DNA of 64,000 nucleotides from an uncultured Dehalococcoidia bacterium (lineage in GTDB: Bacteria > Chloroflexota > Dehalococcoidia > Lucifugimonadales > UBA1123), in the NCBI GenBank assembly GCA_964640295.1, contig CAZXFX010000005.1, positions 21,497 through 85,496 of the forward strand, written 5' to 3'. Of this stretch, positions 55,665 through 62,252 are shown in pieces. Under the pieces are notes generated by a model, which saw only the letters and a list, made by a program, of their open reading frames with translations, searched no databases and was not told the origin of the DNA. Within the stretch, counting starts at the first letter, position 1; every line of letters begins with the position of its first letter. Position numbers and translations under genes: made by a program.

Positions 55665-55841
55665 ATGGCAACAGGTACTGCCAGCGTCGAAGAACGTGTC
55701 AGCAAACTGGAAGGCGCATACGACCACTTAGCCACCAAGGCGGACTTGGCTCAACTGGAATCTCGCCTTATATGGAAGGTCGCAGGATTGCAGATTGCGT
55801 CCATGGTAGCCATAGCCGCCATCTTGAGATTTCTGGCATAG
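55665..55841 (+). CDS. Unlisted 58-aa ORF: coiled-coil plus C-terminal TM anchor
   Basis: AAGGAGAAAGCA-ATG. Translation MATGTASVEERVSKLEGAYDHLATKADLAQLESRLIWKVAGLQIASMVAIAAILRFLA. Below the ORF-track length cutoff. Confidence 0.45.
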   Translation: MATGTASVEERVSKLEGAYDHLATKADLAQLESRLIWKVAGLQIASMVAIAAILRFLA

Positions 55842-55859
55842 CAACAAAACAAGAGGTCA

Positions 55860-56902
55860 ATGGGGAACCACAAGTGAAAATACTCGGAATAGAAACATCC
55901 TGCGACGAAACCGCCGCCGCCGTCATAGAAGACGGACGCCATATCATCTCCAACGTAGTCGCCACACAGGTCGAGATGCACGCTCGATACGGCGGCATCG
56001 TACCCGAAATAGCCTCGCGCGAGCACATGCGCGCGCTCATCCCCGTAGTAGACAGCGCGCTCGAACAGGCCGGCATGGAACTCCCCCAACTCGACGGCGT
56101 GGCGGTCACGCACGGACCCGGACTCGCCGGCGCGCTGCTCGTCGGCGTCAACACCGCCAAGGGACTGGCGCTGTCTCACAACCTGCCTTTTATCGGCGTG
56201 AACCACCTCGAAGGCCACATCTACGCCGCCTGGCTGGAAGAGGGCGTTGACCCCGAAGCGCGCCCCGGATTCCCCCTCATGTGCCTGATAACATCCGGCG
56301 GACACACAGACCTCATCCTCATGGAAGGACACGGAATCTACACCCTGCTGGCCAGAACCAGGGACGACGCGGCCGGCGAAGCGTTCGACAAAGCCGCGCG
56401 CGTTCTAGGACTTGGCTTCCCTGGCGGCCCCGAAATCCAGAGAGTCGCCGAAAGCGCCGCCGGCGTCGAGCCGGATCTGCCGCGCCCGCGCATCAGAAAT
56501 TCGCTCGACTTCAGCTTCAGCGGACTCAAGACAGCCGTCCTGCGCCGAGCCGAACTCAAGGGTATGTATCCGCCCCCCGACGACGGCGACCTCGACCAGT
56601 CCGAAGTGTCCGAAGTCGCGCACGCATTCCAGGAGGCAATCGTTGACTCCATGGTCCGCCGAACCATGGACGCCGTGAAGAAACATCGCGTCAACGGCAT
56701 AATCCTCGGCGGCGGAGTCGCCGCCAATTCACGCCTGAGACAGAAGATGGCGGAGCAGTCGCCCGTCGAAGTGATAGTTCCGCGACCGGGGCTATGCACC
56801 GACAACGGCGCCATGATTGGCGCGGCCGCCGGATTCGCGTTCGACAGAGGTCCCGACTTCCAGTGGGACCTGGACGTAATCCCCAGCCTAAGGCTGGGCT
56901 AA
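55860..56902 (+). CDS. tsaD: tRNA N6-adenosine threonylcarbamoyltransferase
   Basis: KILGIETSCDETAAAV, YGGIVPEIASREH, GPGLAGALLVG and GGGVAAN motifs. Start at ATG 55860 (AAGAGG RBS) or GTG 55874. Confidence 0.92.
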
Positions 56903-56930
56903 CCCCAATCAGCCGTCAGATAATTCCAAA

Positions 56931-56953
56931 TTCACCATTCAAATAATGGTGAA
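56931..56953. terminator. Hairpin between convergent genes
   Basis: Perfect 9-bp stem ttcaccatt / aatggtgaa with a 5-nt loop. A T-rich tract is present only on the minus-strand side. Confidence 0.45.
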
Positions 56954-56964
56954 GGCTCAGCGCT

Positions 56965-57543
56965 CTAACGCAGCGACAGCCACTCGTCCAGGTTGTACTG
57001 AGACTCTCTCTTCGCCCGATACAGAGCGTTGATGAAACCATACACCTCTTTCGACTCAGATCCCCCATCGAATGGCCACTCTATTTCCGCGTCTCGCGCC
57101 TTGAAGAAGGCCGAGGGCCGTCCCTTTTCGGTGAGGCGGTCCACTATCAGATACACGCCCATCGCCAGAACGACCAGCGGAATGGCGATCCTCATCAGAT
57201 CATGCCCTATATATGAATACAGTATGAGGCTCATTATCGCGGACAGAGCGGCCCACAGATACGGACCCACGCCTTCGGAGAAGATGAGCCTGACGGTGAC
57301 CGACTCCACGTCCTGAACGGAGAGCATCGTCGTCTGACGCCTGCCGCCTTCGCCAGAAACGTGAATTAGCCGGCTGCTCGTGAGCAGCAGCGCGTCCGAC
57401 TCCCCGGAGAGTCGCTTTCCGCCTCGCTCGATCGCGCTCAGTCTCTCGATGATCCGTTCGCCGTCGAGCAGTTCCAACTCGCCCGCGCCAAACTCCTCTA
57501 AACTCAAACGCGCCCTCCCCAAATCTTGCTGTCCTCTGATCAT
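56965..57543 (-). CDS. Hypothetical membrane protein (bacterial PH-like N-domain plus 2 TM helices)
   Basis: 192 aa. Soluble N-terminal region, then LWAALSAIMSLILYSYIG and IAIPLVVLAMGVYLIV helices. No catalytic motif. Confidence 0.55.
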   Translation of the reverse strand: MIRGQQDLGRARLSLEEFGAGELELLDGERIIERLSAIERGGKRLSGESDALLLTSSRLIHVSGEGGRRQTTMLSVQDVESVTVRLIFSEGVGPYLWAALSAIMSLILYSYIGHDLMRIAIPLVVLAMGVYLIVDRLTEKGRPSAFFKARDAEIEWPFDGGSESKEVYGFINALYRAKRESQYNLDEWLSLR

Positions 57544-57549
57544 AGCAAA

Positions 57550-58785
57550 CTAGCCCTTGCCGATTCGGTCCGCCACGATCCGCCCGCCCTGTACCACGAG
57601 CCTGACCGACTTGCCCCACTCCAGGCTTGCGACGTTCGAGATCGGGTCCTCGTCCACCAGTATCAGATCCGCCGCCTTGCCGCGCTCCACAGTCCCCACC
57701 CGCGAATCCAGCCCCAGGCACTCCGCAGCGCGGCTCGTGGCCGCCGTTAGCGCCGACTCGGGCGACAGTCCCGCCTCCGCCAGACACCGTATCTCTTCCG
57801 CGTTATTGCCGTGCACCCATCCTCCCGCGTCCGTGCCCGCCACAATCTTCACGCCTTCTCTTTCCGCCAACTCCAGGCTGCGAATATGATGCTCACGCAG
57901 CCTCGCCGACCGCTCTCTGCCGTGCGGCGTCCCCTGTTCACGATGATATACATACACGCTGAAAGTGGGTATGTAGAAGATGTTCTTGTCCGCCATCATC
58001 TTGGCCAGGTCCGGGTCTTCATCCAGATTCGTCCCATGCTCTATCGAATCCACCCCCGCCTCTATCGCCATACGCAGACCGGGCCCGCCCAGCGCGTGGC
58101 ACATCACGTTCCGCCCATGCTCATGCGCCTCGTCCACCAATGCCTCCATCTCTTCTCTGTTCATAAGATGATCCGACGGACCGAAATCGGGCCGCGAACT
58201 CGCCCCGCCCGTCGTCGCCGTCTTTATCGCGTCCGCTCCCGCCCTCACCATCTCGCGCACCTTGCCGCGCATCCCGTCCGGTCCGTTCGCCACCCCGTCC
58301 GGCAGCGCCGGATCCGGCGGCCCCGGCGGATGGTGCCCGGACGGACTGCGATGCTCGCCCAGCCCGCCCGGCGGAGTTATGGGCAGCAGCACGACCTGGA
58401 GGCGCGGCCCCGGCACGATTCCTTGTTCCACCGCCATCCTGAATCCCGCGTCCAGTCCGCCCGCGTCCCTCACCGTCGTATAGCCCGACTCCAGCGTCTG
58501 CTTCAGGGTCGCCGCCACCCTCATGTGCCTGGTCGAAGTCGGCTCGGTCAGCGCCCACTTGTCCGCGAGCCCGTACCCAAACGAATTCAGATGATCGTGG
58601 CAGTCTATCAGCCCCGGCGTCAGCGTCATCCCGCCGCCGTCAATCACCCGCGCCCCTTCCGGCGTCGCCGCCTCCGAGTCGCGCCCCGCCCACGCGATGT
58701 CGCTCCCCTCTATCGCCACCGCCATTCCTTCCCGTGTCGGCGCGCCCGTTCCGTCCCAGAGCCTCACATTTCTGATAACCAACAT
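57550..58785 (-). CDS. Metal-dependent amidohydrolase (imidazolonepropionase / Xaa-Pro dipeptidase-related family)
   Basis: LTPGLIDCHDHL, MCHALG and GTDAGG motifs. The start is uncertain among GTG 58800, ATG 58785 and TTG 58782. Confidence 0.85.
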   Translation of the reverse strand: MLVIRNVRLWDGTGAPTREGMAVAIEGSDIAWAGRDSEAATPEGARVIDGGGMTLTPGLIDCHDHLNSFGYGLADKWALTEPTSTRHMRVAATLKQTLESGYTTVRDAGGLDAGFRMAVEQGIVPGPRLQVVLLPITPPGGLGEHRSPSGHHPPGPPDPALPDGVANGPDGMRGKVREMVRAGADAIKTATTGGASSRPDFGPSDHLMNREEMEALVDEAHEHGRNVMCHALGGPGLRMAIEAGVDSIEHGTNLDEDPDLAKMMADKNIFYIPTFSVYVYHREQGTPHGRERSARLREHHIRSLELAEREGVKIVAGTDAGGWVHGNNAEEIRCLAEAGLSPESALTAATSRAAECLGLDSRVGTVERGKAADLILVDEDPISNVASLEWGKSVRLVVQGGRIVADRIGKG

Positions 58786-58916
58786 CTCCTGGCACCTCAC
58801 TGTCGGACTGGTAAATTCCCGCCTCTTATGTTATGACAGTTTACGCACTGCATGATAGACCTCTAATGCCCAACAGCGAGGCGACATAGATCGCCCACAA
58901 CCGACCGGAGATTGCC

Positions 58917-59960
58917 ATGGAACGCCCCATTATGAAACCGATAGGAACGCCCGTCCAGGAACTCGACACGCCCGCGCTCGTCGTTGACCTGGACATACTC
59001 GAAACCAACATCGCCGACTGCCACGCTCACTTCCAGCTCTCAGATACCAAGATCCGCCCCCACATCCAGGCGCACCTCTCGCCCGCCATAGCCCACATGC
59101 AGATCCACGCCCAGGGAACGATGGGCGGCATAGCCGTCTCCACGCTTGGCCAGGCCGAGATATTCGCCCAGCGCGGCTTCCACGACATTCTCATCACCAA
59201 CCTCGCCGTCACTGCCCCCAAGATAGCCCGGGTCGCCGCGCTCTCAAAGAGAACAAACCTCACAGTCTGCGCCGACGACCCCGGAAGCGCTCTCCTCCTT
59301 GCCCATGACGTCGCGCTGGCCCTCTCTACCGTATCCGTCATGGTCGTCGCGCGCGACCAGGACGAATCAATCGGCGTAACCCCGCAGAACGTCGCCGACA
59401 CGGTCTCCATGATAAAAAGCGCGGTCCCCCTCAGATTCGCCGGATTCATCTCTTCCAGCGCCAGCGTTCTGCTGGAGGCGGCTTCCAACTACCCGAACGA
59501 CGAAATCGAAACCGTTCTCGCGCTGCCTGAAGGCGAGGGAATGCCCGACTCCACGTCCGGAATAACCCAGATAGTTACCGGCTCATACGCGCTCATGGAC
59601 GCCGCCAACCAGTCCGCGCTGCCCGATATGCGGCCCGCCGCCAACATACTCGCCACCGTAATGACACACCAGGAAGAAGGACTCGTCTGGCTCGACGCCG
59701 GCCAGAAAGCCACCAGCATAGACACCGGCCTCCCCCTCGTGGACGGCATCCCGGGCGCCTCCGTCAGCCGCATGAGCGCCGAACACGGCGGCATGGTCCT
59801 CGACGAGGGCGCGACTTGGGACGTGGACATCGGTACCAAAGTGCGGCTCATTCCTCACAACATCGCCAACACCGTCAACGTTTACGACTTCATACACGCC
59901 GTCCGCGACGGCAAACTGGAAGCCGTCTGGGAAGTCGCCGCCCGAGGTCGCTACGACTAG
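58917..59960 (+). CDS. D-Ser dehydratase / D-Thr aldolase-like (alanine-racemase-fold) protein lacking the PLP lysine
   Basis: LDTPALVVDLDILETNI... then IRPHIQAHLSPAIA, where family members have RPHxKxHK. Both lysines are replaced (Q, L). Confidence 0.8.
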   Translation: MERPIMKPIGTPVQELDTPALVVDLDILETNIADCHAHFQLSDTKIRPHIQAHLSPAIAHMQIHAQGTMGGIAVSTLGQAEIFAQRGFHDILITNLAVTAPKIARVAALSKRTNLTVCADDPGSALLLAHDVALALSTVSVMVVARDQDESIGVTPQNVADTVSMIKSAVPLRFAGFISSSASVLLEAASNYPNDEIETVLALPEGEGMPDSTSGITQIVTGSYALMDAANQSALPDMRPAANILATVMTHQEEGLVWLDAGQKATSIDTGLPLVDGIPGASVSRMSAEHGGMVLDEGATWDVDIGTKVRLIPHNIANTVNVYDFIHAVRDGKLEAVWEVAARGRYD

Positions 59961-60013
59961 CGCGCGCCGACCTCTCCACACACCCTGATCCAGACATGCA
60001 AGAGGTGATTCAC

Positions 60014-61114
60014 ATGACCGCCCCCAATCCAGCCATCGGAACCCCCATTTCCCAGCTCGACACCCCCGCGCTGCTCGTCGAACTCGACGCGCTCGAAAGC
60101 AACTTCGCCCACGTAGCCGCGCTCTACTCCGACTCCGTCTGCAAAATGCGCGAACACGCCAAGAACATCAAGACGCCCGCCATACTGCACAAGCAGATAG
60201 AGGCCGGCGGCACCGTCGGCGGAGTGTGCGCCGCCAAAGTGGCCGAAGCCGAAGTCATGGTCGAAGGCGGCATCAAGGACATCCTCATCACCAGCCAGGT
60301 CGTCACCCCCGACAAGATAGCGCGCGTCTGCTCGCTCTCCCGCGAGGCCGACACCAAAGTCGCCATAGACGACGAACGCAACCTACGCCTCATCTCCTCC
60401 ATATCCCAGACCGCCGACACCCAGGTTGGCGTCGTCATCGAAGTCAACACCTCCATGGACCGCGCCGGCATACGCCGAACCGAGCAGGGCATCAGCCTCG
60501 CCCGACTCGCCACCGAACTGCCCGGCGTAGATTTCCGAGGCGTGATGAGCCACCAGTCCATAAGCGGAGACCCCGACCGCGAAACCCGCTTCGCCGAGGG
60601 CCGACGCTGGATGCAGATGTGCGTTGACGTCGCCAACGCCATCCAGGACGCCGGCATCCCCGTCGAAATAGTCTCCACCGGCGAAACCTTCACCATAGAC
60701 GTAGCGCCCGAAATGCCCGAGGTAACCGAAGTGCAGGGCGGCACCTACGCCCTCATGAACACCACCAGCGCCTACATGGAAGACTTCCAGTTCGCCGCCA
60801 AGATACTCGCCACCGTCATCAGCCGCCCTTCCGACAACATCGCCATAGGCGACGTCGGCTACCGCGCGCTCGCAGCCCCCAACGGAGTCCTTCCCTCAGT
60901 CGAGGGCCACGACGACATCCGGGTGGACTCCCTCGCGCCCGACCACATCGTCCTCAAATCCCAAGGCCCCATGCCCCTCGACGTGCGCGACCAGTTCCTG
61001 CTCCTCAGCGCCCAGCAAGACATCCTCGTCAACCGCTGGGACCGCTTCATAGCCGTCCGAAACGCCCAAGTCGAAGCCGTCTGGCCCATACTGGCAAGAG
61101 GCTGCCACCACTGA
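60014..61114 (+). CDS. D-Ser dehydratase / D-Thr aldolase-like PLP enzyme
   Basis: LDTPALLVELDALESNF... then MREHAKNIKTPAIL (lysines retained). Start at ATG 60014 (AGAGGTGA RBS). The ORF-track start 59816 overlaps the previous gene. Confidence 0.85.
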   Translation: MTAPNPAIGTPISQLDTPALLVELDALESNFAHVAALYSDSVCKMREHAKNIKTPAILHKQIEAGGTVGGVCAAKVAEAEVMVEGGIKDILITSQVVTPDKIARVCSLSREADTKVAIDDERNLRLISSISQTADTQVGVVIEVNTSMDRAGIRRTEQGISLARLATELPGVDFRGVMSHQSISGDPDRETRFAEGRRWMQMCVDVANAIQDAGIPVEIVSTGETFTIDVAPEMPEVTEVQGGTYALMNTTSAYMEDFQFAAKILATVISRPSDNIAIGDVGYRALAAPNGVLPSVEGHDDIRVDSLAPDHIVLKSQGPMPLDVRDQFLLLSAQQDILVNRWDRFIAVRNAQVEAVWPILARGCHH

Positions 61115-61116
61115 CT
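61056..61116. repeat. Direct repeat copy 1 (3' end of the 60014-61114 gene including its stop)
   Basis: 60 of 61 positions identical to 62030-62090. Continues for 9 more nt (acgatagcc) at 61254-61262 after the inserted 129-nt element. Confidence 0.9.
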
Positions 61117-61245
61117 CAGGGACTTTCGATTATCTGAGATCCGTTCGTCCTGAGTTTGTCGAAGGACGCCTGCTGAATGGCGCCTGTTGAATGGCGCTGT
61201 CAGTCAGTTCGTAGGCATATTGTAGAATAACCGAAAGACCCTGAT
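61117..61245. mobile_element. 129-nt MITE-like insertion
   Basis: Terminal inverted repeats CAGGGACTTTCGATTAT (61117-) versus the reverse complement of ataaccgaaagaccctg (-61243), 15/17 matching. Flanked by 8-nt direct repeat cactgact (61109-61116 and 61246-61253). Interior has cgtcc..ggacg and a tandem tgaatggcgc x2. Confidence 0.65.
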
Positions 61246-61316
61246 CACTGACTACGATAGCCCATGCTAAAATATCCAGATAAAACTACCCAACAAAACC
61301 GATAGAGAGTCGCGCA

Positions 61317-61562
61317 ATGGTCAGCGTCACCATAAACGATCTGGACGAATCCTTAGAACAACGCCTTCGCATGAGGGCGGCGCAGAAAGGCGTCTCCGTC
61401 GAGCAAGAAGCGAGGAACATCCTGGCCGCCGCCCTGCGCGACCAACCCCCGCCCCATGCAGACCTCGCAAGCTCTATCCGCTCCAAATTCGCCCCCTTCG
61501 GCGGCGTCGAACTGGAGTTGCCCGCTCGAGACGCTATTCGTCCCACGCCTCACTTTGACTGA
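61317..61562 (+). CDS. vapB: RHH-type antitoxin (VapB/FitA-like)
   Basis: MVSVTINDLDESLEQRLRMRAAQKGVSVEQEARNILAAAL is a ribbon-helix-helix N-terminus. Immediately upstream of a PIN gene. Confidence 0.8.
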   Translation: MVSVTINDLDESLEQRLRMRAAQKGVSVEQEARNILAAALRDQPPPHADLASSIRSKFAPFGGVELELPARDAIRPTPHFD

Positions 61563-61572
61563 GACGCAAGAT

Positions 61573-62013
61573 ATGATAATACTTGACACGAACGTCGTCT
61601 CCGAACTGATGCTTCCCATTTCTGATCAGAACGTGGTTGAATGGGTTATCAGCCAAGACCCCATGACTCTCTATCTTTCAGTCATAACTGAGGCTGAATT
61701 GCGTTATGGCATTGAGATAATGCCTCCAGGACAACGACGCGAGGGACTCCACGCTGCAATGGAAGCCATGTTTCAAGAAGACTTTGCTGGACGCATTTTG
61801 CCTTTCGATAGGGCGTCCGCTCACTCCTATGCTGCGATTGCCGCGTCTCGACGATCATCAGGGCGTCCTATCAGCCACTCAGATTGTCAAATAGCCGCGA
61901 TTGCGAGTACGCACGACGCCTCAGTCGCTACCAGAGACGTAGCAGGCTTTGAAGGCTGCGAAGTCAATATCATCAACCCATGGACTGACGCAATGAAATT
62001 TCCCGAAACATAA
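61573..62013 (+). CDS. vapC: PIN-domain toxin (VapC/FitB-like)
   Basis: MIILDTNVVSEL..., SVITEAEL, and DCQIAAIA...ATRD acidic residues. The ORF-track start 61456 overlaps vapB. Confidence 0.88.
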   Translation: MIILDTNVVSELMLPISDQNVVEWVISQDPMTLYLSVITEAELRYGIEIMPPGQRREGLHAAMEAMFQEDFAGRILPFDRASAHSYAAIAASRRSSGRPISHSDCQIAAIASTHDASVATRDVAGFEGCEVNIINPWTDAMKFPET

Positions 62014-62029
62014 GTTCGCTTCACGGCAA

Positions 62030-62099
62030 TCCGAAACTCCCAAGTCGAAGCCGTCTGGCCCATACTGGCAAGAGGCTGCCACCACTGACTACGATAGCC
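62030..62099. repeat. Direct repeat copy 2 (uninterrupted 70-nt version)
   Basis: tccgaaactcccaagtcgaagccgtctggcccatactggcaagaggctgccaccactgactacgatagcc. Matches 61056-61116 plus 61254-61262. Confidence 0.9.
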
Positions 62100-62252
62100 T
62101 CGACCGCAGTGTGGGTATATTGACTGCTACTACCCGCAAATGATACAAACTCACGCAGGACTAGCGTATTCCGAAATATATGTGTAGCCAAAGCGGAACT
62201 CGTGTTGGCGAATGCAGTCTCTTTACGGTGGGCGTATTCAGGAGGATGATTC

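Noticed and set aside
57811-58836. 341-aa plus-strand ORF opposite the amidohydrolase gene. The same applies to 19731-20534, 21790-22458, 23494-24177, 24271-24885, 1799-2662, 6461-7198 and 26397-27065.
   Set aside because: All are antisense or out-of-frame ORFs inside confidently assigned genes, with low-complexity Arg/Pro/His-rich translations.
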